A stretch of DNA of 64,000 bases from Macrostomum lignano (Eukaryota): NCBI GenBank assembly GCA_002269645.1, contig NIVC01000103.1:496001-560000 (forward strand), given 5' to 3'. Shown here one piece after another: positions 37,661 through 52,794 of this stretch. The notes beneath the pieces were generated by a model. That model made no database searches. It was not told the origin of the DNA and saw only the letters and a program-made list of their open reading frames with translations. Made by a program: the position numbers and the translations under genes. Position 1 is the first letter of the stretch; each line of letters starts with the position of its first letter.

Positions 37661-38633
37661 CTGATTCAGGTAATGAGGTGGTGGGGCTAGTTAAGTAATC
37701 ACAGATGCGTACGCAGGCACAAGGCACAGTGGCCCCGATTTTCAGACTTTCTCATTGTCAGGCAATGTACACAGGAGCGACAAGCTCCGTGCCCAATTTT
37801 CACGAAGGGGCTCCAAAATTACTAGCTAATTATGCGACTACAATGGCAGACTGTGATCACATTCCTTCACAAGGTCGAAAACTCGAATTTCAAGGTTGCA
37901 CCCCGTCCTGGGTAGGCGGATGTTACTCCTAGTTTCGTGTCATGCCCGCCCTCAACCTTTGGATAACACTAAATGATATTAGATGACTAAATGTCACGAG
38001 AAAGACGTCAGACCAAAGTAGGAAATACGAAGAGTAAATTACATGTAAGAGCAATGATCCAAGAATCTGAATAGCCGGCCTATCCGCAGGCAACGGGGAG
38101 ATGAAAGTACAAGCGAGCAATTCAATAATCGAGTTAGGCTGGGGCGCGCACAGAGACTCCCGACACATAAAATAGCAGTAAGCGGCCAGCAAAAACTCAG
38201 GGCTAGGCTGCAGACAAGAGAGAAAAAACACAACGCAGCAAGCACAGAAATCAGTGCGGTAGGCGAAAAAAAGTGCCGTTGCAGCAAGCCTGCTGCAACC
38301 GCCACTGCGCCCCTATCGAGCCAAGCCGAGCTAATGCTTTTTTGCAGAGAGAAATAAGGAAGAAAAGCCGCAGCATTAAGTGTGCACGCATTGGCAGCGA
38401 GCTACCGCAACCACCAGAGGTTGAGGGAGGAGGGGGAGCAGCATGAATTTGCAGGGGGGGGGGGATCAGGGAAGCGCAGTGTAGTAAAGTAGCGGCTAAG
38501 CTTTCAGCTGGTAGTAGTAGTATTATAGAGTTCAAGCCGCAGCAGCGCCCGACTGCATGCATGGACCAGCTTGTTAGAAAAGAAAATGCGACCCAGTTAG
38601 TGGAGAAAAAAGCAACCGCAACCCCTCCCGTCC

Positions 38634-38635
<2 letters not shown>

Positions 38636-38690
<55 letters not shown>
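38636..38690. repeat. (GA)n microsatellite
   Basis: ~27 GA units. Confidence 0.97.
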
Positions 38691-38691
<1 letters not shown>

Positions 38692-40019
38692 ACAGCAGCT
38701 AGTAAAGCGCAGCTCCGTAACCCTTCACCTCTCGCCTCGATCTAGAACCCAATACCTAATCCTTAGGTGCCTTAGTTGAGAAGGTCCAGCACGCCTGTTA
38801 GTGCACGCCTAACAGGAGTCCCAGGACACTGTCCAGGCCAATCACATGATAGGAAAAATAGTCCCGCTGCTATTCATTCAGGGCTAATTCAAATACGAAC
38901 TGTGCAACACTTATAATACACGCTCGCTCGCAATTTGAGGTCCGAAATGCGGGACAGAAGCCGCCTATTACAGGCCCGCTAGCTTAGCTACTGAAAGAAG
39001 CCTTCGTCAAAGGAAAAGCTCTTTTCTTCTTCTTCTCTCTCTCTCCCTTTCTTTTCTTTTATTTTAGCCGGGCGGAAAAAGCGCCGCCATTCGGTTGGTT
39101 TGGGGGTGGGTGTGGGATGAGAGGCAGGCCAGCAGCAACAAGGTAAAAAAAGAGAGAAGAAAAGAAATGTCAAAGCCGCTGGTGGCCTCTTTCAGGCCGC
39201 AGTCTTCACCGAGCCGCCGCCGCCGCCGCCGCCCACTTCGCAGCCGCGCGAGCCCGTAGCCTAAGAGAATTATTTTATTGTCGTCTCCAAACAGCATAGC
39301 GACTCGCTCCCTCATCTACACCCCCACCCCCCAACCCTGCTCCGTCTCTGTTCGAATTCATTCTTTAGTGATTTCCATTCAAGCCTAAAACAGGAGAGAG
39401 AGAGAGAGAGAGAGTACGCTGAAGATAAGACAAGCAGAATGACAGCTAGTGAATGAATGAATTTCATTCTTTCTCTCTTTCTCCCAGTTTTGCTACTTGA
39501 CCGATTACTTCAACGGGCAGAGAGGGTGTAGGAGACTTAAGACTTAAGACTTAACTTGCCATAATACTTGCTGACGTTGCTGTTGCTGCTAAAATTATTT
39601 CTACTGGAGAGAGCCCAGAGCTATCAGTGTTAGAAGACAATTTAAGCAAAACATATAAAAAGCAAATACTTGCAAAGGCGAAATTGCGCGCTGATAAAAA
39701 TAGAGGCATGCTTTATCTAATAACTACTAAAATAAAAGATAGAACATCTGTCATTCATAATATGGGACAATGTAAATCCCTTAGCGAAGGTTTAGTCATC
39801 AAGTCAGAACTTCAAGATGGGACAACTTAAGCCTGCAAATTTTGGGGAACCTGAGTCACTGGCCTAAGCCATTGTGACTGCAAAAAATCTCAGGGAGATG
39901 CAGTGACGACATTCTGGAAGGCTTCAGGGTATATTTCATCAATCTCTTTAGGTAAACTCAGTCATCTGTAGGGTGAACCCAAGCCTATCGAGGGAAAACA
40001 CAGTAAGTCTTTAGGTGTG

Positions 40020-42110
<2,091 letters not shown>

Positions 42111-42513
42111 TTGGGTGAACCAATCAGGATCAAGTAAAGGAGGTCAAAGGGGTGACGATAAATCGGAATGCGGACTGATTGCTGAGCTGATAGCTGATTG
42201 CTCTGCTAGCATGATTACAAGAGTACCCATGAGCGTCGGCATATTATGGTGAAAAGCAACCTAAATGTTTTGTTTGATGCTTTTTTACGAGTATAAACCT
42301 ACTAAACGATTGAAAAGTCTTTGTTTATCAGCTTTATTTATTTGATAGTTAGACTTAGAATCTTAGATACTAGATAGATAACTAAATCCGACATTTATTA
42401 GTACGAAGTTATGAACGATTCACCCGGCCTTAAAGACTAAACTAAACCGATCAGAGTGAAAATCTCACATCTCTGAATAATTTCTAGGAATTGAAATGTT
42501 TTTTCGAGCTCAC

Positions 42514-43046
42514 CTCATTAATTGATTTGTAAGTCTTGATGAGGTCTACGCTGAGCTTTCGCAGAGGCCCGGTTGCTGGGTCCCTATAAGCAGCAGTTTG
42601 CACCTGCTGCTGCTGCTGTTGTTGCATAGCCTGCATCTGATGGTGCTGCTGGTGCACAGGAATTGGCAAAGGCAGCGGGGCCATCTGTACACCCTGCAGG
42701 TTGCCGCCCGCAAAGTCGTAGGCCGGCTGCTGCTGCTGCATTGGCGGCTCCGGAGCGTAGCCGTAGCCGTGGCCAAAGGCGAAGCCTCCGTGAACACCGG
42801 AGGCGTCGTGGTTTGCTTTGGTCATGCCGATCCCGCCGCCGGTGCCGCCGACGAGTACGTCGACTCCGACGGCTCCTCCGACTTCGACGTCGGGGCAGGG
42901 TCCGACTAGTTGATCTGGCTGCTGCTGTGGCAGTTGGTTGCTATAGTGATAGTGATGGCTGAGCTGATCGCTGCTTACTATTTGGCCATACAAGCCGCCT
43001 GGTAAAGCGGGTTGCGCAGAGACACCGGCAGTGTTGCTGGAGGCGC
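42514..43046 (-). CDS. DYRK1A: DYRK1 exon (Q-rich N-terminus, DCAF7-binding region)
   Basis: cttcccag|GC...GAG|gtgag; YRDPATGPLRKLSVDLIKTYKSINE is the conserved DYRK1 motif. Confidence 0.93.
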
Positions 43047-43340
43047 CTGGGAAGAAGTAAAGTCAGGTTAAACAGGTAGAAATATTCAATAAACACTGTT
43101 TATTACCAGCCAAGTGGAAAATTGAACATTATTGGATACAATCTGATTTTTAAAAACAAGAGTCAAGATCTCAATGAAAACAAATTTCATTGCTGCGCTA
43201 ACAAATTCACAAAGACAGTGGCATTTGAAATACCAGCCAAGGCCAAGCCAAGGCAAGGGGTGGCCGCTTCCTGGCAATTATTACAATACAAATCCTAGGG
43301 AATAATGTAACTGAGAGAGAGAGAGAGTAACGCAACAAAC

Positions 43341-43422
43341 CTTGTTGTTTAGCTGAGCTACTATTGTTATTATTAGTTGGAGTAAATTGGGCCGGTAAAT
43401 ACAGTGTTGTCTGCGCTGCCAT
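43341..43422 (-). CDS. DYRK1A: DYRK1 candidate proximal first coding exon (MAAQTTLYLPAQFTPTNNNNSSSAKQQG)
   Basis: ATG at 43422; donor AAG|GTTTGT, phase 1, matches the next exon; upstream acceptor tttgtacag at 43636. Confidence 0.55.
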
Positions 43423-45939
43423 ATTCTATTAGTCCAAACGCAGTAGTAGCAAAAGCAGAAATAGCCGTAGTAGCAGTAGTAGCCGTGGCGTCAATAGTTA
43501 CAGTAAAATCGATGACGACGCGTTTGAAGAACATTTAAGTTAAGTGTTGTTCTTTTAACTTGACAGACAATTTCTTAAATAGTATTTAACTTAAAACAAC
43601 TATATAGCTTCTAGTCTCAGATTGGAGCAAATCTTCTGTACAAATAAAAAAGCACCCAATATAGAAAACTATAATGCTGCTCAGTAAAGGAGGTAGTATG
43701 ATTTTCTATATAGACTAACGAAATATACAAGCAAATCGCGGCTTGTTAAAGACAGCGTATAGTCGGTAGTCGATCTGACTTGCAGGCTAGCAGGCTTGCA
43801 GTTTGTGCTTGTCGGAAAACTGCTGCCTTTGATGGACAGTCAGCCTTTACTGTCACACTCCGCCTCCGTGATGACACAGATGATTAGGGCTGCCTTTGTA
43901 AAGGCTCTAATTGATTTTCTTTTCTAACGCCCTTAGGCAAGTTCAGCCGGTTTTAGTTTAGTAGAAGAAGCAAGCGCCTTTTTCTTTGAAAATTTTCAAC
44001 CAAAAATTGAACGCAGCAGCAGAGTCTGCCCGAGTCACAGGGACCCCCTGTACAGAACGAGGGTTGAGGGGGCGGCGGCGACCGTGCAGGTAACAGAGAG
44101 CGGCAGCATTGAGCAAGAAAAAACGCGAGAAGGAGAGGGCTATCACAGTAAATGGATTCGGCGAGGCGGGGAGTGCGGCAAGACAGATGGGGCTCGACTG
44201 CACAGTTGCAGGGAGGGAGGAAGGAGGGTGGGCTATAGTATTAGACCCCAGTAGTGAAGGCCAGACTACTCTTAACGGCCAGGGGCGTATTCAAAGTCCG
44301 ACCAAGCAAAGGAGGAGGGGTAGTGGTTCAGATTCAGACGAGGGAAAGAGCTTCTAGACGGGGGTGAGAGACAGAGCCGTCAGCTGAGGCCATGGTAGGC
44401 AATGGTTACGAAAATCAATAGCAGTCCCGCGCATTGAGTGGACAAGGCCAGCCGCGGGCAAACCCTTGAATTTCTCACCCCCCTCTAATTTCCAGAGTTA
44501 AGCAATGCTGTCCAATGAATGAAGATAGAACAGTGTACAGTGGCAGGCGAGGCTTTTTCCCAGACAGACAGGACTGGTAGACTGTAGAGGACGGAATGGA
44601 ATTGAGGTTAGAAAAACAATGTACAATAAACCTCCATGTACACTTAAATGCGCATAACACAAGCCTCGACGCCGACGTCAACAACCCCGGCCCCGCGCAC
44701 ACCAGCCCCATAATAAAAAGCTTGTTGTACAGGGGCAATAAAAGCTTAACCAAAATACCTTCAGTAGTATATACCGAAATAGCAGTAAATAAGGCGTTTT
44801 TATTTGCTATTTACCCAAAAGATTTAAGCATTACTAAGGAGTGTCAAGAGCAGTTAACACTAAAGTGTAAATGGGAAGAACAGACAATTTGTGCAAGTAA
44901 ACTGGAGCAGAGAGTTGAGCAGACGGACAGGGAACAGGCGGAGTGAGTTCATGGCCTGGCCAAATAGAAAACAACTACTAGCAATCCCAGCTCAAATCCC
45001 CAGGGCATTGACTACACTATAGCAATAGGGCAGTCGCTTCCGAAACTTACATGTGAATGCGAACTACGAGCTAATATAAATGGCTGCGCTGCTACCGCCT
45101 AACTCAACCCCCGAAGACAATCCAGAGTATAGAGAGCGCAAATTATATGAGTCTATCTTAGCCTTACCAAAATAATTGTACTTCTCACCGAGCGAGGGAA
45201 TCCTAATTGTAAACACTTCTAACAAGCGTCACATGCGGCTTAAGCAAAAAAACAACTCTCCAGGGCGGATAATCAATATGCTGGTATTTTTATTAAATCC
45301 AATGTAAGCAATCGCAATATCAATATGCGATCGATAATAATAACATCTGTAATAATATACTAATGAGGCAATAATAACCAACTCAACTCGATCTAATCAG
45401 TAGTTACTCTGTTTCTAACAAGATCCCCTATAAGAAGCTGCAATGCAATTCAGAAATTTTACAGCTTACAGAATTTTACAGAAATAGGTTAAAGAAAAAC
45501 TTTAAATTATTTTATAGGCAGACAATTTTGAGTGACATTTTCGGGCATAAAAATTCGCTCAAGTCCCAGACTTCCGTTTGCTGTTTGAGCAGCGTATACT
45601 GTAGTTACCATATTTCCGTAATAATATCTCTATTCCGCTAACTATGAGCTTCCGAAACAGTATAAATATTGTACAGGAAATAATTAATTACTGAAAAAGA
45701 CTTATTTTATCGACAAGATTTTTGTCTGACTCCTATTACCAAATGTGAGAACTCACACCGCACTGATTGACATTTCGGTCTAGACTGCTTTATGCACCGA
45801 TATTGGTTCGATTGGAGATAACTCTGATCAATAGATTTCGAATTCGAACATCAGAGAGACATTCGAGACATTTATGCATTAAATCTTAATAACGATATTT
45901 TATTGAGATCTAATCGCAACAAACTGCTGAGATCCTCCA

Positions 45940-47660
45940 GTCTCCCTCCCACCTCACGCCTGTCTCCCACTGATCTGCCATCTCATTCCCTGTCTCCCAC
46001 TGATCTCCCATCTCACGCCTGTCTCCCAAAGATCTCCCATCTCACTCCTGTCTCCCCCTGATCTCTCATCTCACTCCTGTCTCCCACTAATCTCCCATCT
46101 CACTCCTGTCTCCCCTGATCTCCCATCTCACGCCTGTCTCCCACTGATCTCTCATCTCATTCCCTGTCTCCTATACTGCTCTCCCATCTCACTCCTGCAT
46201 CTCACTGATCTCCCATCTCACTACCTGTCTCCTACTGCTCTCTCATCTCACTCCTGTCTCTCACTGATCTCCCATCTCACTCCCTGTCTCCTACTGCTCT
46301 CTCATCTCACTCCCTGTCTCCCACTGATCTCTCATCTCATTCCCTATCTCCTACTACTCTCCCATCTCACTCCCTGTCTCCTACTGCTCTCTCATCTCAC
46401 CCCCTGTCTCCCACTGATCTCTCATCTCATTCCCTATCTCCTACTGCTCTCCCATCTCACTCCCTGTCTCCTACTGCTCTCTCATCTCACTCCCTGTCTT
46501 CCACTGATCTCTCATCTCATTCCCTATCTCCTACTGCTCTCCCATCTCACTCCCTGTCTCCCACTGATCTCCCATCTCACTCCTGTCTCCCACTAATCTC
46601 TCATCTCATTCCCTGTCTCCTACTGCTCTCCCATCTCACTCCTGTCTCTCACTGATCTCCCATCTCACTCCCTGTCTCCTACTGCTCTTTCATCTCACTC
46701 CCTGTCTCCTACTGCTCTCTCATCTCACTCCCTGTCTCCCACTGATCTCCCATCTCACTCCCTGTCTCCTACTGCTCTCTCATCTCACTCCCTGTCTCCC
46801 ACTGATCTCTCATCTCATTCCCTATCTCCTACTGCTCTCCCATCTCACTCCCTGTCTCCCACTGATCTCTCATCTCACTCCCTGTCTCCCACTGATCTCT
46901 CATCTCATTCCCTGTCTCCCACTGATCTCCCATCTCACTCCTGTCCCCCCTGATTGACATCTCACTCCTGTCTCCCCCTGATCTGCCATCTCACTCCTGT
47001 CTCCCCCTGATTGACATCTCACTCCTGTCTCCCCCTGATCTGCCATCTCACTCCTGTCTCCCCCTGATTGACATCTCACTCCTGTCTCCCCCTGATCTGC
47101 CATCTCACTCCTGTCTCCCCCTGATTGACATCTCACTCCTGTCTCCCCCTGATTGACATCTCACTCCTGTCTCCCCCTGATCTGCCATCTCACTCCTGTC
47201 TCCCCCTGATTGACATCTCACTCCCTGTCTCCCACTGATCTCTCATCTCATTCCCTGTCTCCCACTGATCTCCCATCTCACTCCTGTCCCCCCTGATTGA
47301 CATCTCACTCCTGTCTCCCCCTGATCTGCCATCTCACTCCTGTCTCCCCCTGATTGACATCTCACTCCTGTCTCCCCCTGATCTGCCATCTCACTCCTGT
47401 CTCCCCCTGATTGACATCTCACTCCTGTCTCCCCCTGATTGACATCTCACTCCTGTCTCCCCCTGATCTGCCATCTCACTCCTGTCTCCCCCTGATTGAC
47501 ATCTCACTCCTGTCTCCCCCTGATCTGCCATCTCACTCCTGTCTCCCCCTGATTGACATCTCACTCCTGTCTCCCACTGATCTCCCATCTCACTCCTGTC
47601 TCCCACTGATCTCCGTTCCATCTCACCCCTGTCCACTTCTGCTCTCACGCCATCTGATCT
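45940..47660. repeat. CT-rich 28-30-bp minisatellite with a 57-bp dimer block
   Basis: CTCACTCC(C)TGTCTCCCACTGATCTCCCAT family; right part alternates ...GATTGACAT and ...GATCTGCCAT. Confidence 0.95.
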
Positions 47661-48129
47661 CACCCGTCTTACTCTGCCTTACTATAATAGTTTCATTCTT
47701 GTCACAATGGAGCCATCTGTCTCGCTTTTGTCTGTACTATGAATGCAATTTGTGTTGATCGACTATCAAGCTGAACATTTTTAGACTAGAGCAAGCCGCT
47801 ATAAAGATAAGGTAACAATTATAGAAGATAATTACAAAACAGCGGCCGAACAATCGCTTCTCATAGCTCTTTAACAAGTAGCAGCAGATTTCGCGATAAA
47901 CTTCAAAAGAAAGCTTCGTGACTAAGCTTCAGAAACTGTACATTGTATAAAGAAGAATAGGATAGGAAATAAGCGCTACGCTCCTATAGATTACCAATTT
48001 GCGATGACGCGAGCCGCGCAATACAAAGAAACCTATGCATGCAGCTGCCTTTACTGCTGAAGCACACGCACAGTGACGCAGTGTCGCCCAACAATGCTCA
48101 GCCGATACTCAGGCTAGAGGAACTGACAG

Positions 48130-48960
48130 CAATTATTAGAACCACCTCCTAATCCACGGTTGGAATATCTATAGGAAATTATTAGGACCGCCTCCTAATC
48201 CAAGAATTGGAATATCTATAGGCAATTACTAGAACCGCCTCCTAATCCAAGGGTTGGAATATCTATAGGCAATTTTTAGGACCGCCTCCTAATCCAAGGT
48301 TGGAATATCTATAGGCAATTTTTAGAACCGCCTCCTAATCCAAGGGTTGGAATATCTATAGGCAATTTTTAGGACCGCCTCCTAATCCAAGGGTTGGAAT
48401 ATCTATAGGCAATTTTTAGGACCGCCTCCTAATCCAAGGGTTGGAATATCTATAGGCAATTTTTAGGACCGCCTCCTAATCCAAGGTTGGAATATCTATA
48501 GGCAATTACTAGAACCGCCTCCTAATCCAAGGTTGGAATATCTATAGGTAATTTTTAGGACCGCCTCCTAATCCAAGGGTTGGAATATCTATAGGCAATT
48601 TTTAGGACCGCCTCCTAATCCAAGGTTGGAATATCTATAGGCAATTACTAGAACCGCCTCCTAATCCAAGGTTGGAATATCTATAGGTAATTTTTAGGAC
48701 CGCCTCCTAATCCAAGGGTTGGAATATCTATAGGTAATTTTTAGGACCGCCTTCTAATCCAGGGTTGGAATATCTATAGGTAATTTTTAGGACCGCCTCC
48801 TAATCCTCGGTTGAAATATCTATAGGTAATTTTTAGAACCGCCTTCTAATCCAGGGTTGGAATATCTATAGGCAATTTTTTGGACCGCCTCCTAATCCAG
48901 GGTTGGAATCCAGGGTAGGCAATTACTAAGATCGCCTCCTAATCCAGGGTCGGAATGTCT
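48130..48960. repeat. 46-47-bp minisatellite, ~18 copies, each with TAATCC
   Basis: Unit GGTTGGAATATCTATAGGCAATTTTTAGGACCGCCTCCTAATCCAAG. Confidence 0.96.
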
Positions 48961-49604
48961 ATAGGCTCAAGCTCACATAAGATCTCGAAAGTTTACGCGC
49001 AGCTTTCGGCGACCAAACCTTTTTTGTGTGCAACAATTTTTCGGTGTCAGAAGGAGTAACGAAGTAGCCCTGATGACGAGTCTTAGGCGGGACGCCCAGT
49101 TTCTGCTATCAAGGATACGAAAATCGTTGCTATTCGGAGAATTATCGATATGAAGACCAACAAATGGCTTGCGCTGAGATCAGGTAGACTCTAGCGGTAG
49201 TGGTGCAAGGCAATCGAGCATCCAATCCAGGTAATGTGCCTGATAGATGCCCCACAACATCATAGAGAATTAGAAAGCGGACAAGGCGCAAAAAATCAAA
49301 AAACGATCAAGCAAACCAGCGCGTTCCAGACGACACCGCATTAACAAACATCAAGCCGTAAGCATCCTGCATATTCCCTTTGACCTGGCTATTGCTTTTG
49401 AACTCAGTTGAGGTTGAGTAAGCGGTAGCTAGAAAAAGTGCCAGTAGAACCGTGTCCTTGAACACAGTAGTTTCAACGGATGAGAAAGACCAAACGAGTT
49501 TGTGGTGAGTAAATGTAAAAAAATGACCGAAATTTATATTTTTACGCTTTAGATTGTTTAACTTTATCTGTAATTCAGTAAGAAGACTTCATTCTGTCGC
49601 TCAC

Positions 49605-49851
49605 CTAAACACGTTGCCGCTGAACCAGCTGCGGGCATCTCCTGGCTGTCACCCGATTGATCAGCTCCAGCAGCCGCCGAAGGCAGCAGCCACAGAGTTG
49701 TTGATCCAGTAGGGATCGGCGGCACCATCTGCTTATTGGCAGTCCAAGCTGAAGAACCCAGTTCAACAGCCGCCGGAGCAGCCGAGGTCATCTCGGCGTC
49801 AATTATAACGGCGGCAGACGCGTTCTCGCCGGCTGACAGTTCCTCGGTCAT
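49605..49851 (-). CDS. Candidate distal alternative first coding exon of DYRK1
   Basis: ATG at 49851; A/S-rich GC-rich ORF MTEELSAGENASAA...AATCL; strong donor AG|GTGAGC, phase 1, compatible with the 43046 acceptor; no other gene lies in between. Confidence 0.55.
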
Positions 49852-50699
49852 AACGTTTTTTGGCCTTCTAATCGGCTCGAGGAATTTCTATGAGCGAGTT
49901 CAAAACTTGCGGTAAACTTGACGCGTTTGTAAAATATGGCTAGTTTTAGGCGGGGGAATTATGAATCTAATGATAAACTATTGAATTCCATTGACTGTTT
50001 CAGTTTTAGTTTTAGACAGACGCTGTCGACTGTTGCGGTGCATCTACACTGCACAGAGAGTAGTCAAAAACTACACTAAACTACTAAGCGAATCGTCGCG
50101 GCGAATAAAAGCATTTCGGTCTGCAACGGCAAGTCAAGCAGAGAAAAGTTAGGCGTAGAAAATTATTGGAGCGGGGGAGAAGGGGAGGTAGGGGAGGCCA
50201 GGCCTTCCCCGAACGCGCTAAAGGGGGTGAATAAACGCAGAGGAGTAAAACTGTAACACGGAGGGCAGCAATTGGGGATTGGGCGTTGCGAACCGTCTAT
50301 AACAAACAAGTCCGAAATTGAGGCTCGGGGATCAGACTGGCGGAGGATGCCGATTGTGAAGCCCCATTGGCGCTTGGTATTTGCTGCTTCTGCTGCGTAG
50401 ACACTTGCTGCTGCCGCGCCGACTGGAAATTCATTTTATAACTGTCGCCAGACTCTCTGTCGTTCTTCGCATTCTTCGTATGATGAGTTGGGCGAGATCG
50501 CGCTCAATACCTAGCAGAGGCAGAGACTGGAAATAAGCATTGATATAAACAAATTTAGTTTAAGGTTTACTAGTTTAAGCTGCTACTGTAACAAAAGCAG
50601 GCACATCAAATCCTATATGCACTACTCAATGTTGGAAAATTTAGGCGCTTAATATCAGCTAATACACAGAGCCAGAAATAGATAAATTATGATCGTTGG

Positions 50700-51215
50700 T
50701 TCGGTTTTCTGAAATAAATCTTTCTGAAAAAGAAGTCGGCTTGAAGAATCACCTCAAGATCACAAAGGCGGTCACATGGGCGACACTGTTCTATGGGTGC
50801 GAGATCTCCTTCTTCTCTGGGGAAGAAACTATGGAGACACTTAAAGCATTTGAAATGAAATTTTACATAAGAATGCTAAGGATTTCATGGAAAGAGAAAA
50901 GACAAATGTCTGCGTTTGGAAAAACATGAAAGAGGTATTGGGAAAGGAACCAGAATCTGCGGAGGAGATCATCAAGCGGAGAAAGCTCAAATATAACGGA
51001 CATCAGACGAGGAAGGGAGCCATGGCAAATGTCTGTATTCAAAGAGAAGGAAGAAGAGGAAGACCGAAAAGCCAGTGGGAAGATGACTTAAACGAATAGA
51101 CCCGATGGACAATGGAGAGGTTAAAAAGGGCAGCGAAGGATAGGCAGTGGTGGCGGAAGCTGGTGCATGAATGGGTGCACCCGCGGCCATGACGGCTATG
51201 GCAAAAGAAGAAGAC
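50700..51215 (+). mobile_element. Decayed non-LTR retrotransposon (RTE-like) 3' fragment
   Basis: Frameshifted KAVTWATLFYGCE...LKAFEMKFYIRMLRISW and IIKRRKLKYNGH...GRRGRPKSQWEDD match the C-terminus of RTE-type RT; ends in a GAAGAAGA tail. Confidence 0.85.
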
Positions 51216-51359
51216 ATAAATCTACACATTTCATGCTCTTCTTTTCTTATGTCATACGCCGGCATTGTAATATGGTATGCTACTGAGATTTGTTGTTGTT
51301 GTTGTTGTTGTTGTTATTGCTTTGGGTTGTAGCCTAGTGCTTAGAGTGTCGGACTCACT

Positions 51360-51545
51360 CCAATGATTCTACTCCAATTCTCTACCCCATGATTCTACTC
51401 CAATTCTCTACCCCATGATTCTACTCCAATTCTCTACCCCATGATTCTACTCCAATTCTCTACCTTATGATTCTACTCCAATTCTCTACCCCATGATTCT
51501 ACTCCAATTCTCTACCCCATGAATCAACTCCAACTTCCCCTACCC
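51360..51545. repeat. 26-bp minisatellite, ~7 copies
   Basis: Unit ATGATTCTACTCCAATTCTCTACCCC, directly after an A-box-like TAGCCTAGTGCTTAGAG. Confidence 0.93.
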
Positions 51546-52794
51546 TTAGCATGAAATTTTGCATGCAGTTCATTCAAGCGCCGTTATAGCTATTCAGTAA
51601 CAAAAAGCAATTCATAGCTACATCATCAGTCAGCTGGAAACTGTGCACGCAGCCTCTACCCCATCCCACAAACAGCTGAATATTGATTGTTCTTTTTTGC
51701 ATTCGGCGCCAATACTATATACGAACCCAAGCAGCATAATTGCAACTCGGTATATAGTGATAGTCCAGCCCAGTCCCGTCTAGATAGCTACCATTTTTTC
51801 GCCCTCGGGAATGAGGGAGGATGCTCGAAATCCTTCACTATAGCTGGTGCAGCAGGCCTTAATACTGCAGTTTAGACAGAGAGGAGAGAGAGGGAGAGAG
51901 ACAGTTATGTCGGGCACACACCAGACCATATAACATAGGCGGGAGTTTTATAGCGGCAACCGCCCAAAGCATATGCAGTGAGTGTAATTTGCGCGCATCG
52001 TTGAAATTATACGGTTCGTCTCTGCACATGGCATGGCCTCTATATAGGCCAGCACAGGCAGAACCCGCCCAGATCTACATATGCATGCATGCATGTGCAC
52101 GCCAACGGAGGCCAGGCAGGGCTATCTATAAATAAGACTAGATAGAGAATTTCTAATTGCCAACTGGGCTGGACTACTGCAGGCCAAATCTTGGCAAAAA
52201 TAGTATAAAACTTGAAAAACAGACGCAGTAGTGCAGCCACCGAATTTTACAATATAATTCTCTGCCTAGCGAACTTTATACTCGTACGCTCTAAACACAT
52301 CCTCCCACTGACTGTCTGTATTCGCTTTGCCTCCCTGCATTCTCGGATCTGAACTCTTCATAATCTACTCTTCACTGCCTTTACTCACTTCCCTGTGAGC
52401 AGTTCAACCCTGCCTAAAGAAATAAAAATACTGACCTCAACTCATAAAGTCGTTTATATGCTCTACGACATCTACCGGTATACTCAGCAACATTGAGAAC
52501 TTCCATCCCCAGACCCAGTGCGCCTGAGCGAGAGTTGGAAAATCTTGCGTAATTGCAGTGTAGTGAGCTGAAGTCTGAAGCCATATATTGTGCTTGAATG
52601 TTTATGCCTTTACCATTGTATTTGGGTGTCGATGCATCTACTACAACGTATCTATTGTCGGATTCATGTATAAATATACACTGTATCTATCGGAGAACGA
52701 TATGTGTACTAGTGTATTTCTGTATGTAGAGTCGACGCATTTTCGATTATGCTATATAGTTGTTTATTAATTTCTGCATTTGAATTATCAGCAT

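Noticed and set aside
50297-50434. 45-aa Q-rich ORF as a third DYRK1 first exon
   Set aside because: Only weak donors before its stop; could be a uORF or noise
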